Source of the DNA: an uncultured archaeon
Lineage (GTDB): Archaea > Aenigmatarchaeota > Aenigmatarchaeia > GW2011-AR5
Assembly: GCA_964373695.1 (NCBI GenBank)
Contig: CAYJVT010000001.1
Span: 22,328 to 86,327, forward strand
Length of the DNA: 64,000 nt
Direction of reading: 5' to 3'
Positions 1-9,484 of the stretch are shown in pieces. The notes under the pieces were generated by a model. The model saw only the letters and a program-made list of their open reading frames with translations, had not been told where the DNA came from and did no database searches. Position 1 is the stretch's first letter, and the number at the start of each line of letters is the position of its first letter. The translations under genes were made by a program, and so were the position numbers.

Positions 1-1076
1 CGGGCCTGAGGTTCTGTTTCTTCAGCAGGCTTCCGGCGTCCTTCGCATACTTGGGGTTCTTCGCTATGCTGCCGATTATCTTGGCATAATTTATGTCAGG
101 AGGCAGCTTTTCGCTGCTGGTCCTAGGATACGACATAAGCCCGGCTTGGTAAAGCGACTCGGCGATGTTCATCGCCTGGTGCGGTGAGTATCCGAAGAAC
201 CTGTATATGTCCGCCAGGAAGGAGGTCGTGTTGTAGGGTTTGGGTGGCTTCTGTATCATGAGCTTCTTCTTTATGTCAGCTATGGTCCCTTTCTTTCCCG
301 ACGCGCTCTTCAGGACGCTTTCGGCATCGGCCTTGTTCCACATCTTGTCCTTCTCGTAGAAGGCCTTCAGCTGCTGCTTTCCCATGATTACGTCGGCTTC
401 CAGCTCCCAGAAGGGCTTTGGGACGAAATCTTTTATTTTTTTCTCGTGCTTTGACACCATATGAAGCACAGGCCCCTGCACCCGGCCGGTGGAGAGTATC
501 TTGAACCTCTTCGCCGAGACTTTTATCGCAAGCGTCAGGGCCCTCGTGAAGTTTACACCCCAGTACATGTCAAGATAGTGCCTGGCGTACCCGGCCTCGA
601 CCTGGTTGTTGTTTATTTTTGACGGCTTCAGGAAGCTCTCAAGCAGCTCATCCTTCGTCATAGTGGAGAATTTCATCCGCGGCGCCGTCTTCCTTCCGCA
701 TATCAGCCTCAGTATGTTGTAGCCTATGACCTCTCCCTCGTCGTCGTAGTCGGTCGCTACGATAACGTCCTCAGCTTCCTTTCCGAGGGCTTCCATGTTG
801 ATGAAATAGGGCTGGGAGAATGCGGCCATCTTGTTCGCCTTGTAGGAAGGCATCCATTCGACGTCAAAAACGGGATAGGACCACCCCTTTCCCTGCTGCT
901 TCAGTGTGAACAGGTGGCCGACGGCTGGCGCCGTGACGTATTTTTTTCCGTCCCTCTCGAATTCGTACCACACGACCTTTCCCTCGCCTTTCTTCAACGG
1001 CTTCCCCTCGGCAAGGGCTTCCGCAATGCTTTTCGATGCGGAAGGCTTTTCGCAGATTATTAGCGTGTATCCCATT
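1..1076 (-). CDS. topA: DNA topoisomerase I (type IA), N-terminal Toprim part; gene runs off the window start
   Basis: Reverse-strand translation from the ATG at 1074-1076 reads MGYTLIICEKPSASKSIAEALAEG... with the Toprim signature (EKPS, ...ATDYDDEGE...) and ...STGRVQGP.... The frame is open to position 1. Confidence 0.85.
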
Positions 1077-1127
1077 CGACCACTCTTTATTATTCCGGAT
1101 TTAACTTTTATAATATTGTCAAAAAGC

Positions 1128-2408
1128 TTAAGAACTTCTTATGGAGTCAAATCCGGTGTAAGGCACAAGAACTTTCGGTATCTCAATCGTGCCGTCCTCC
1201 TTCTGGAAATTCTCCATGATGGCGACAATGATGCGCGGGGACGCCACTCCTGTGTTGTTGAGCGTGTGGACCAGACCTGTGGCCGGTGCGTCCTTCTTCC
1301 CGTACTTTATGTTCAGCCTCCTGGCCTGATAATCGGTGCAGTTGCTGCACGAGGCCATCTCCCTGTACCTGTTCTGTGCCGGAAGCCACGCCTCTATGTC
1401 GTATTTCTTGGCTGCCACGCTCCCTATGTCGCCGGTGCATATGTTGACGACCCTGTAAGGTATTCCGAGCTCCCTGAAGAGCTCCTCGGTGTTCAGGAGA
1501 AGCTCCTCGTGCATGCGCCACGAGTCGTCCGGGTGGCAGAAAACGAACTGCTCGACCTTGTCGAACTGGTGCACGCGGAAGATGCCCTTTGTGTCCTTCC
1601 CGTGGGCTCCGGCCTCTTTTCTGAAGCAGGGCGATATGCCTGCCAGCTTTATTGGAAGCTCCTCTTCGTTTATCTTCTCCCCCATGTACATCGCCGCCAT
1701 CGGGTGCTCCGAAGTCGCTATGAGATGCATGTCCTCGCCGTCAATCTTGTACATGACTGTCTCGAAATCCGTCATGTCAGTGACCCCCTCGTAGGCCTCC
1801 CTCCTCATCATGTACGGCGGCTGCACGGGGATGAAATCCTTCTTCACAAGCCTGTCCAGAGCAAAGCGCAGTATGGAATGGTTAAGTATGACGAGTTCCT
1901 TCTTCAGGAAGTAGAACCTTGCGCCGGATATCTTTGCAGCCCTCTCAAGGTCTACGAGTCCGAGCTGCATGCCAATGTCAACGTGGCTCCTCTGCTCAAA
2001 GCCGAAATCCCTTTTCCTGCCCCATGCCCTTATCTCCACGTTCTCCGAATCGTCCTTGCCGACCGGCACGCTGTCGTGGAGTATATTGGGCAGCACTTTC
2101 AGTATCGCATCGCATTGCTTGTTGATAAGCAGCAGTTTCTCCTCCGATTTCTTTATCTCTGCCGGCAGGCTCTTTGCTTCCTTCATGAGGCGCACGGCGC
2201 TTTTTCCGGACGCCTTCGCCTTGGATATGTCCTTTGTTATCTCGTTCCGCGTCTTCTTCGTCTCCTCGACTTTTTTTATCAGCGCGCGCCTTTTCTTGTC
2301 AATGTTTATTAAGTTTTCAAGAAGTTTCATCCTTTCAGTGTCCTGCCTTTTCTCCAGGTCCTTCCTTACGGCATCAGGGGACTCCCTTATCAGCTTTATG
2401 TCGAGCAT
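1128..2408 (-). CDS. serS: Seryl-tRNA synthetase
   Basis: 426-aa ORF MLDIKLIRESPDAVRKDLEKRQD... with an N-terminal coiled-coil arm and a class II aaRS core. The ATG at 2406-2408 fits. Confidence 0.93.
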   Translation of the reverse strand: MLDIKLIRESPDAVRKDLEKRQDTERMKLLENLINIDKKRRALIKKVEETKKTRNEITKDISKAKASGKSAVRLMKEAKSLPAEIKKSEEKLLLINKQCDAILKVLPNILHDSVPVGKDDSENVEIRAWGRKRDFGFEQRSHVDIGMQLGLVDLERAAKISGARFYFLKKELVILNHSILRFALDRLVKKDFIPVQPPYMMRREAYEGVTDMTDFETVMYKIDGEDMHLIATSEHPMAAMYMGEKINEEELPIKLAGISPCFRKEAGAHGKDTKGIFRVHQFDKVEQFVFCHPDDSWRMHEELLLNTEELFRELGIPYRVVNICTGDIGSVAAKKYDIEAWLPAQNRYREMASCSNCTDYQARRLNIKYGKKDAPATGLVHTLNNTGVASPRIIVAIMENFQKEDGTIEIPKVLVPYTGFDSIRSS

Positions 2409-2446
2409 ATGGTAAGAATGTCTGAAGGGAATTTAAATAAGATTGG

Positions 2447-2761
2447 TTGAATGTTATTTCAATGCTCCACAAAGTTTATCGCATGCTCGGGAAAATCCCA
2501 AGAAGAAAAGTCGCCACGTACGGCTCTCTGGCTAGGGCCTGCGGGACGTCGCCGCGCGCTGTCGGTGCGCTGATGCGCTCGAACAGGCATCCTGAAATGT
2601 GCCCGTGCTACAAGGTCGTTAAGTCCACAGGAGAAATCGGCGGATACGGCGGCTGCATCAAAGGCGCAAAGCTCAGGAAGAAGGTTTCGCTTCTCAGGAA
2701 AGACGGAGTGAAAGTCGCTGGCGGCAGGATAGACCTCGAGAAATTCGCCCATAAGTTCTAG
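2447..2761 (+). CDS. Methylated-DNA-protein-cysteine methyltransferase family protein, C-terminal domain only (active-site Cys retained: PCYKVV)
   Basis: 104 aa: ...KVATYGSLARACGTSPRAVGALMRSNRHPEMCPCYKVV... matches the Ogt/MGMT helix-turn-helix plus the PCHRV-like motif. The true start may be an internal Met (2462 or 2483). Confidence 0.6.
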   Translation: MNVISMLHKVYRMLGKIPRRKVATYGSLARACGTSPRAVGALMRSNRHPEMCPCYKVVKSTGEIGGYGGCIKGAKLRKKVSLLRKDGVKVAGGRIDLEKFAHKF

Positions 2762-2838
2762 CGCGTGACATTAACTATAATTTATTCATTTCATCATGAG
2801 TATTCTTAATACGACGCTAGATGTAAGGGTATGGAATC

Positions 2839-3912
2839 CTATCGTGTTACCCTGGAATTTTTTACTATTTCATAAAGCCTTTTTGCCTCGCTCTTCTCAA
2901 AGTGCTTCCTCACCGGGGACAATATTTCATCCAGCGCCTCTGCAGTCTCTTTTTTCAGGTCCAGTGGATGAAGCTCGCCTTTTATGAACTTGTTTTCCAG
3001 TTCTTCGTATGATTGCACTTCAAAATTCCCGCCAAACTTTTCCGGCCTGTATATTGTTCTCGAGACAAATTTCCTCAAGATTATGTATTTCCACATCTCA
3101 AGTATCGGGTTTCCTTCTGTAGTTTTTCCGGGACAATACGCCTTGTTTATTTTTTCTTCTATTTCTTTTTTGGTGTCATGTATGAATATCGCCGTCTGCG
3201 GCTTCGACTTGCTCATCTTGTCTTCAATCCCTGCTGTTTCCTGCCCCATTCTTCCTTTCGAGCCCTGCAATCCCATTAGAAGATGGTGATGGACGCAGAC
3301 TCTCTGGGATCTGCCAATTTTTTTTGACAGTTCCCTTGAGAGTATTGTTGAATGCCTCTGGTCCATTCCAAGCTGCAAGATGTCGGCCTTGAAATAAAAA
3401 GGGTCCCACACCTGCATCATAGGATACAGAAGCTGCGCCGTATATTGCATCTCAGTCTCGTTTCTGCCCATCGTAGGGCTTGCCCTTATAGTTCTTTGTA
3501 CTGTAACATTTTTTGCAATATCAATGACGCCTTTCCAGTAATTCTGGTCTTTTACGGCATCACTAGTCCATAATATTTTTATTTTTTTGGTATCAACGCC
3601 GCATGCTTCCCAGCCTTCGATAAAATACTCGCCTACATTTTTTATGAGTTCCAGGTTGCCGCCCATCTTGTTATTGATGTAAGCAAACCAGTCAGCAATC
3701 CATAGGGTGAAATCTATCTTTGCCTCGAGAAGGTCTTTTATTTTTATCGCGCGCAGAATTCCGCTCCCAAGATGCAAAAATCCGCTGGGTTCGAAGCCGT
3801 CATAAGCCATTGGACTCTGCTTGGTCTCTAAAAGATGTCTTAGGTCTTCCTCTGTAATGACTTCCTCCGTAGGCGGCCTCTTTATCAACTCTAACCGTTC
3901 TTCTATGTCCAT
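2839..3912 (-). CDS. tyrS: Tyrosyl-tRNA synthetase, archaeal type
   Basis: From the internal Met (ATG at 3910-3912) the ORF reads MDIEERLELIKRPPTEEVITEEDLRHLLETKQSPMAYDGFEPSGFLHLGSG... with a KMSKS-like motif (DKMSKSKP). The 83-aa Arg/Ser-rich N-terminal extension in the listed ORF is rejected. Confidence 0.9.
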   Translation of the reverse strand: MDIEERLELIKRPPTEEVITEEDLRHLLETKQSPMAYDGFEPSGFLHLGSGILRAIKIKDLLEAKIDFTLWIADWFAYINNKMGGNLELIKNVGEYFIEGWEACGVDTKKIKILWTSDAVKDQNYWKGVIDIAKNVTVQRTIRASPTMGRNETEMQYTAQLLYPMMQVWDPFYFKADILQLGMDQRHSTILSRELSKKIGRSQRVCVHHHLLMGLQGSKGRMGQETAGIEDKMSKSKPQTAIFIHDTKKEIEEKINKAYCPGKTTEGNPILEMWKYIILRKFVSRTIYRPEKFGGNFEVQSYEELENKFIKGELHPLDLKKETAEALDEILSPVRKHFEKSEAKRLYEIVKNSRVTR

Positions 3913-3962
3913 GTATACACCTTTTAACCTTATTCGATAGGAATAATTTAAAGGCAAACAGA
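3913..3962. promoter_or_regulatory. Divergent promoter region between tyrS and the beta-CASP RNase gene; AT-rich box aataatttaaagg resembles an archaeal TATA/BRE
   Basis: 50-bp gap between divergent start codons with a tttaaa element ~15 nt upstream of the ATG at 3963. Confidence 0.3.
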
Positions 3963-5192
3963 ATGAAGATAAAAGTTCTCGGCGCCGGGCGCGAGGTTGG
4001 CAGGAGCTGCATACTTGTCGAAAGCGAAAGAAAGGTTGTTCTTGACTGCGGCGTGAAGCTGCAGCCGGAGCCTCCGCAGTATCCGCTTGTAGAGCAGATT
4101 GGGGACATTGACGCCGCCATCCTGTCCCATGCGCATCTGGACCACTGCGGCGCGATGCCACTTCTGATGAAGAACAGGAAGATTCCGGTGTTCATGAACG
4201 CCATTACGATGGAGCTTGCGGCGCTGCTGGTGAAGGACTCGATGAAGGTCGCGAAGATGCAGGGATACGGCACGCCCTACGGAATCCAGGACTTCAAGAG
4301 GTTCATGAAGAACTCAAAGCCAGTCAATTACGGGGAGAAATTCATGTCGTGCCGCCTCTACGACGCGGGGCATATCCCCGGGAGCGCCGGCATCATGATG
4401 GAAAAGGAGAAGATTTTCTACACCGGGGACATCCAGACGATACAGAGCCGGCTTCTTTCGCCGGCGAAGCTGCCGGAAAAATGCGAGACTCTTGTCATGG
4501 AAAGCACTTACGGTTTGGGGAACCATCCACTGAGGGAGCAGGAGGAGAGGAACCTTATAGAGTCCGTCGAGGAGGCCATAAGCAAGGACGAGACGGCCCT
4601 CATGCCGGTCTTCGCGGTCGGGCGTGCACAGGAAGTTCTCATGATACTGAAGGATTACGCAAACAAGATAGCGCTTGACGGGATGACGCGCACCGCCAGT
4701 GAGATAATCGCGGAATATGGCTCCTACCTGAAGAACCCGAAGGAATTTAGGAAGGTCCTGAAGAAGGTCCATATCGTGAAGAAAGGGGCCGAGAGGGGCA
4801 GGATACTGAAGAAATTTCCCATAATAATAGCCAGTGCAGGAATGCTCGGCGGCGGGCCTGCCGTTGATTACCTCTCGAAAATATCGCACAGGGAGGAAAG
4901 CAAGGTGCTCTTCACCGGCTTCCTGGTGGAGGAGAGCCCGGGAAGCAACCTCATCAAGACGAAGATATTCGAGAACGGAAGGGACAAATTCGATGTCAAC
5001 TGCGAGCTCAGGCAGTTCAACCTCAGCGCCCACGCCGACAGGAAGGGCCTGTTTTCGATAATAGAGAGGCTGAAGCCGAAGAACGTGCTCTGCATTCACA
5101 GCGATTCGTGCGGCGCATTCGCCAGGGAGATACATGAGAAATACGGGATAAATGCCTTCGCCCCCGGAAACGGCGAAGAGGTAAGGATATGA
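3963..5192 (+). CDS. Metallo-beta-lactamase / beta-CASP family ribonuclease (aCPSF2 / aRNase J-like, no KH domains)
   Basis: 409 aa: MKIKVLGAGREVGRSCILVE... with an HxHxDH motif (SHAHLDHCGAMP) and a C-terminal beta-CASP region. It is translationally coupled to rtcA (ATGA overlap at 5189-5192). Confidence 0.8.
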   Translation: MKIKVLGAGREVGRSCILVESERKVVLDCGVKLQPEPPQYPLVEQIGDIDAAILSHAHLDHCGAMPLLMKNRKIPVFMNAITMELAALLVKDSMKVAKMQGYGTPYGIQDFKRFMKNSKPVNYGEKFMSCRLYDAGHIPGSAGIMMEKEKIFYTGDIQTIQSRLLSPAKLPEKCETLVMESTYGLGNHPLREQEERNLIESVEEAISKDETALMPVFAVGRAQEVLMILKDYANKIALDGMTRTASEIIAEYGSYLKNPKEFRKVLKKVHIVKKGAERGRILKKFPIIIASAGMLGGGPAVDYLSKISHREESKVLFTGFLVEESPGSNLIKTKIFENGRDKFDVNCELRQFNLSAHADRKGLFSIIERLKPKNVLCIHSDSCGAFAREIHEKYGINAFAPGNGEEVRI

Positions 5193-6202
5193 TTGTTGTC
5201 GACGGCTCTCATGGTGAGGGGGGCGGCCAGATACTGAGGACCTCGCTTGCATTGTCCGCAGTCACCGGCGAGCCGTGTAAAATCTTGAACATAAGGAAAG
5301 GCAGGCAGAACCCGGGCATGCAGGCGCAGCATGTGGAGGCTGCAAAAGCCTTGGCCCAACTGTGCGATGCTGAAACAAGTGGCCTTCATCTTCATTCATC
5401 TGAACTTGAATTTGTTCCGCATGACATAAAGGGCGGCAATATACGTATTTTCATCCCCACTGCAGGCTCAGTTGCACTCGTTCTTCAGGGAATCATGATA
5501 GCGTCCCTTCGCGCGAAGAAGGGAGTTTCCGTGAGGATAGAGGGAGGCGCCACCCATGGAAAGTGGGCGCCCTCGGTGGTATATGCAAAGAACATCCTGC
5601 TGCCGCTCCTTTCAAAGATGGATTATGAGGGCTACATAGATGTGGAGAAGTACGGCTACTATCCAAAGGGCGGCGCCAGCGTGTCCTGCAACTTTGCCCC
5701 GAAAAAGCTGAAACCACTTGAGCTCATTGAAAGGGGGAAGGTGCTGTCAGTTGAGGGGGTTTCCCACGCATCCAAGCTTCTGGAGAAATCCCATGTAGCC
5801 GAGAGGCAGAAGAAATCCTGCGTGGAACACATGGAGAAGAACGGGTTTGAATGCAGGATATTCGATTCTTATTTCAACACAGTATGCGAGGGCTCCGCCG
5901 TCGACCTCTGGGCGAGAACGGAGAACTCTTTTCTTGGCGCCGACGGGCTTGGAGAAAAAGGGATGCGCGCGGAGGATGTCGGGAAGTGTGCGGCCGAAAA
6001 GCTCGTCGCTCTGCTGAAGGCCGGTGCCGCCCTGGACGAGCATGCGGAAGACCAGCTCCTTCCCTACATCGCCCTTGCAGGCGGCAGCTTCAGTTATCAT
6101 CACCTGACGCCGCACACGCGCACCAACATGCATGTGATAGAGAAATTCCTTCCAGTGAAATTCTCAATAGGTGAAAATATCATTTCATGCCGGGGCTCAT
6201 GA
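5189..6202 (+). CDS. rtcA: RNA 3'-terminal phosphate cyclase
   Basis: 337 aa starting MIVVDGSHGEGGGQILRTSLALSAVTGEPCKI..., the canonical RtcA N-terminus. A His-containing active-site region is present. Confidence 0.9.
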   Translation: MIVVDGSHGEGGGQILRTSLALSAVTGEPCKILNIRKGRQNPGMQAQHVEAAKALAQLCDAETSGLHLHSSELEFVPHDIKGGNIRIFIPTAGSVALVLQGIMIASLRAKKGVSVRIEGGATHGKWAPSVVYAKNILLPLLSKMDYEGYIDVEKYGYYPKGGASVSCNFAPKKLKPLELIERGKVLSVEGVSHASKLLEKSHVAERQKKSCVEHMEKNGFECRIFDSYFNTVCEGSAVDLWARTENSFLGADGLGEKGMRAEDVGKCAAEKLVALLKAGAALDEHAEDQLLPYIALAGGSFSYHHLTPHTRTNMHVIEKFLPVKFSIGENIISCRGS

Positions 6203-6748
6203 GGAAAACTTCATTTTCAGGTATTCTGCTATCGCGTGGCATATGAAGGAATGGACCGGTTCTATTATTGTGTAGTCGTTGTCATCCACTACAATGCAGT
6301 GCCCGGCGATTTTCTTGAGCATCCCGCCGGTAGAGCCTGTCAATCCGACTGTGGTTGCGCCTTTTTCTTTCGCGTACTCCACAGACTTGACAATGTTACG
6401 AGAGTTTCCCTTTGAGCTTATCGCTACGAGAACGTCATGTCCGTTCACGTTATGGATTCTCAGCTGTTCTGAAAAAACGTCGTCATACGATATGTCGTTT
6501 GAGATTGTTGTCATGAGGGATATGTTGACGGTGAGTGGTATGACATTGAACTGCTTTTTCGGCTTTGTATACGTGACGAGGTCGTTCGAAAAATGGGACG
6601 CTATGGAGGCGCTGCCGCCGTTGCCGCATATGAAGACCCTTCCGGCGCTCCCGTAAGTATTAAGCATGATATCCGCGATTTCATTTATCTTCTGATGCTC
6701 CAGGGAATTCAGGGCCTTGATATACATCTGCGTCATTTCCTGGAACAT
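6197..6748 (-). CDS. gmhA: SIS-domain phosphoheptose isomerase (D-sedoheptulose-7-phosphate isomerase)
   Basis: 183 aa with ...AGRVFICGNGGSASIASHFSNDL... (GmhA-type SIS motif) and the right size for GmhA. It is the last gene of the minus-strand heptose operon. Confidence 0.7.
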   Translation of the reverse strand: MFQEMTQMYIKALNSLEHQKINEIADIMLNTYGSAGRVFICGNGGSASIASHFSNDLVTYTKPKKQFNVIPLTVNISLMTTISNDISYDDVFSEQLRIHNVNGHDVLVAISSKGNSRNIVKSVEYAKEKGATTVGLTGSTGGMLKKIAGHCIVVDDNDYTIIEPVHSFICHAIAEYLKMKFSS

Positions 6749-6817
6749 AAATATGTCTTCCGTGGTGATTACTAAAGGGTTTTGCGTATGAATGCTTCGC
6801 CCATGAAATATCTTTCT

Positions 6818-7456
6818 TCACACCATAGCGCTCTTCTGGCTGCTTGCCATCGCCTGCTTTATGACGAAATCGACGCCGCCCGATTTCGCGGCGCCGTGGC
6901 CTGGAAAAAGGTATGAGATGCCCAGTTCCGAGAGCTTCTGGAGGGATTTGACCATGTCATCCCTGCTGCCGCCCGGGAAATCCGTCCTGCCTGATACTGT
7001 ATCGCCCGATATGAGTATCCTTTTCGCTCTCTCGTAGAGGCACACAGAGCCTGGCGTGTGCCCCGGAGTATGCAGTACTTCGAACCTGAAATTCTTTGTC
7101 TTTATGGCGGACTTGTCCTTCAGGAGCCTGTCAACAGTTGTCACCCGCGGCCTTTCGCCAAAAACCTCCGCAAGTGTCTCGCCGCTTTCAAGGCAGTCCT
7201 TGTCTTTCTGGTGTATGTATATCTCGGAGCCCAGCCAGTCCCTGAATTTCTTGTTCCCGCCTGTGTGGTCAAAGTGATGGTGCGTGTTTATTATGCTCTT
7301 GAGGCTCATTATGTCGGATATCGACTCTATCTCTCTTTTCATCTCATAAAAGAATCTCCCTGTGCCGGTGTCGATTATAAGCTCGTCATCCACGACATAG
7401 ACGTTGCAGTCGCCCTCAACGCCGGGCAGGACATGTATGTTTCTGAAGACCTGCAT
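6818..7456 (-). CDS. Metallo-beta-lactamase fold hydrolase
   Basis: 212 aa with INTHHHFDHTGG (HxHxDH) and a downstream ...HTPGHTPGS... metal-ligand motif. Confidence 0.7.
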   Translation of the reverse strand: MQVFRNIHVLPGVEGDCNVYVVDDELIIDTGTGRFFYEMKREIESISDIMSLKSIINTHHHFDHTGGNKKFRDWLGSEIYIHQKDKDCLESGETLAEVFGERPRVTTVDRLLKDKSAIKTKNFRFEVLHTPGHTPGSVCLYERAKRILISGDTVSGRTDFPGGSRDDMVKSLQKLSELGISYLFPGHGAAKSGGVDFVIKQAMASSQKSAMV

Positions 7457-7480
7457 CTTTTAGATATGCAGTGAAATTTT

Positions 7481-8290
7481 TTATAGGGATTCGGGCTGGA
7501 CATGCCTCCCGATAAGCCTGTGGGCGTTTATTGCGGAGAAGCGCGTCCCGTCCTTTAAGGCTATTATGTTCCCTTTGGCCGATGTTACCGTGCCCTTTAT
7601 CCTGATGCCGTCTGCAACCTCGACAACTTCGGGCTCCGATATTATCCTGTCGAGCCTGTAGTGGCTTCGCAGGTCGTATATCTCCGGGTTTATCAGATGC
7701 GCGTCGAATCCGTTCCCTCCAAGGCGTGCTATGGCTGAGGATATGGAGCCGATGCAGACATTGGGGTCGCAGAACAGCCTGGAATGCTTTTCCTTGGAGA
7801 CCATCCTGTCGACTATGCCGAGATGCCTCCTTATATCCTGCTCTATTATGCGGACCTCCTTCCCGTCCTTCACGTGGCCTATTTTCGCGCCGAAGTCGGC
7901 CCCCTGCTCTATGAGGCGGTAGAGAAACCTCATATCGAACGATATCCCTACTTTCAGCATCCCGTCAAAAGCGGCAAGATAGATGAAATACTTGTTCTCC
8001 ATGCAGCTGTCTCTCTTGACTGGGTTTATGCACTCCTTTCCAGTGCACTGGACGCAGTTGAAAAAATCGTCCTGCATGCAGCAGTAGTTGCACATGTAGT
8101 TGTTGTCGGTCGGTGAGGAGTTGGGGCATTCAAAGTGCTTTCCTCTTTTTTTGTACCCGGTGCATGTCTTCTTTCCGAGAACCATGTCTATGTAGCGGCC
8201 GAAAAGCTTAATGGAAGAGCCGTCGGAGAACGATATGAAGGGCTCGTAGGAGCCTGATTCCTGCTTCCATGAATATTTCATTATTTGCAT
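7481..8290 (-). CDS. Cysteine-rich hypothetical protein (Zn-ribbon-like clusters CTGY...C-x11-CNYCC...CVQCTGKEC)
   Basis: 269-aa ORF. Its start overlaps the stop of the upstream hypothetical gene by 10 nt. I recognise no family. Confidence 0.5.
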   Translation of the reverse strand: MQIMKYSWKQESGSYEPFISFSDGSSIKLFGRYIDMVLGKKTCTGYKKRGKHFECPNSSPTDNNYMCNYCCMQDDFFNCVQCTGKECINPVKRDSCMENKYFIYLAAFDGMLKVGISFDMRFLYRLIEQGADFGAKIGHVKDGKEVRIIEQDIRRHLGIVDRMVSKEKHSRLFCDPNVCIGSISSAIARLGGNGFDAHLINPEIYDLRSHYRLDRIISEPEVVEVADGIRIKGTVTSAKGNIIALKDGTRFSAINAHRLIGRHVQPESL

Positions 8291-8754
8291 CGGACTCTCC
8301 TCTTTGCCGCCTCAACCGCGGCTCTTATGAAATCCGAGTCGTCAAGATTTCGGAATGCCTTCAGCGCCGGAGCGCATTCCTCTATGTCCTCGGGCCTGCC
8401 GGAGGAGGCTATTTGGCTGTAATATATGTAAAAGAGATCGTCTGAATGCCCGTTCTTTGACATTTCCGCATTCACTTGGTCGTCGTCGCTTGTTCCCAGG
8501 GCGGCCTTGAAGAGCTGCCTTGTCAATAAGGCCTTTATCCCGCGCTCGTCCTTCTCGCGGACGAATATGTTGTCATAATCAATGCATATGAGCGCTGTGT
8601 CGCCCGACGAAAAGAAGGATGTTGAGTCCCTCACATGGAACTCCATTGATGAATACCTCAGTGGCAGGCCGAACCCTGTCAGGACTTCGTCAAATATTTT
8701 CGAGGCGAGCTTTGTAGAATCGTCATCTTTCACGAGGCTCTTCGTTACTCTCAT
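8281..8754 (-). CDS. Hypothetical protein, acidic
   Basis: 157 aa, no recognisable motif. It lies in an operon, translationally coupled to the downstream Cys-rich gene. Confidence 0.4.
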   Translation of the reverse strand: MRVTKSLVKDDDSTKLASKIFDEVLTGFGLPLRYSSMEFHVRDSTSFFSSGDTALICIDYDNIFVREKDERGIKALLTRQLFKAALGTSDDDQVNAEMSKNGHSDDLFYIYYSQIASSGRPEDIEECAPALKAFRNLDDSDFIRAAVEAAKRRVRCK

Positions 8755-8788
8755 GATAGTTATTTGGTTTCAGCGGTAAATAAAATTT

Positions 8789-9484
8789 CTATATGCCGGA
8801 GAAGTCCTTCCTCGCCTTCTCAAGCGCCTCAAAGGTTCCTACATCCACAAGCCTTTCGACCTCGAAGGCATACATCTTTTCGCCGGCCTTCAGCATGGAG
8901 GGGAATACGTCCTTCCCGAAGTCGCAGAAGCCGCTTGTTATGTACTTGAAAACCGACGGCTCCAGTATATAGACAGCTCCGCTGGCAAGATTTGACCTGG
9001 GCTTCTTGGGCTTCTCCTCAAAGGACACGATCCTTCCGTTGCCGTCCGTCTCTATTATGCCCTTTGATTGCGGATTGTTCGTTTCCATGTAGACCCCTAT
9101 GGTGGCCGCCGCGCCTTTCTTCCTGTGGAGCTTTGCCATGGCGCTCAGGTCGGCGTTTGTCATGTTGTCGCCGTAAATGACGACAAATGTGCCTTCAAGG
9201 AAATTTTCGAGGGATTTCACCCCTCCGGCCGCTCCGACAAGCTCCTTCTCCACCGTGTATAGTATGTTCACGCCGGAATCCGTGCCGTCACGAAAGTATT
9301 CGTGTATGCAGCTGGCGAGGTGGTGGGTCGTTATTACTATGTCCTTTATGCCGTGCTTTTTCAGGAGCTCTATTATATGCCATAGTATTGGCTTGCCGCC
9401 TACGTCTATCATCGGTTTGGGCACCTTCTCGGTGAGCGGAAGAAGCCGCGTCCCTTTGCCGGCGGCCACTATGACGCCTATCAT
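8789..9484 (-). CDS. hddC: Sugar-phosphate nucleotidyltransferase (candidate D-glycero-alpha-D-manno-heptose-1-phosphate guanylyltransferase)
   Basis: 231 aa: MIGVIVAAGKGTRLLPLTEKVPKPMIDVGGKPILWHII... (G-x-G-T-R-L loop). It lies next to gmhA and the hddA-like kinase. The hddC assignment is contextual. Confidence 0.7.
   Translation of the reverse strand: MIGVIVAAGKGTRLLPLTEKVPKPMIDVGGKPILWHIIELLKKHGIKDIVITTHHLASCIHEYFRDGTDSGVNILYTVEKELVGAAGGVKSLENFLEGTFVVIYGDNMTNADLSAMAKLHRKKGAAATIGVYMETNNPQSKGIIETDGNGRIVSFEEKPKKPRSNLASGAVYILEPSVFKYITSGFCDFGKDVFPSMLKAGEKMYAFEVERLVDVGTFEALEKARKDFSGI

Noticed and set aside
906-2312. 468-aa ORF on the + strand
   Set aside because: Entirely antisense to the well-supported serS gene. 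Low-complexity, Arg/Leu-rich translation typical of a shadow ORF.
3913-4161. N-terminal 83-aa extension of the tyrS ORF (start at 4161)
   Set aside because: The extension is Arg/Ser/Gln-rich low complexity and would overlap the divergent beta-CASP gene. Canonical TyrRS starts at the MDIEERLELIK Met (3912).
4314-5252. 312-aa ORF on the - strand
   Set aside because: Antisense to the beta-CASP RNase gene, with no motifs. Shadow ORF.
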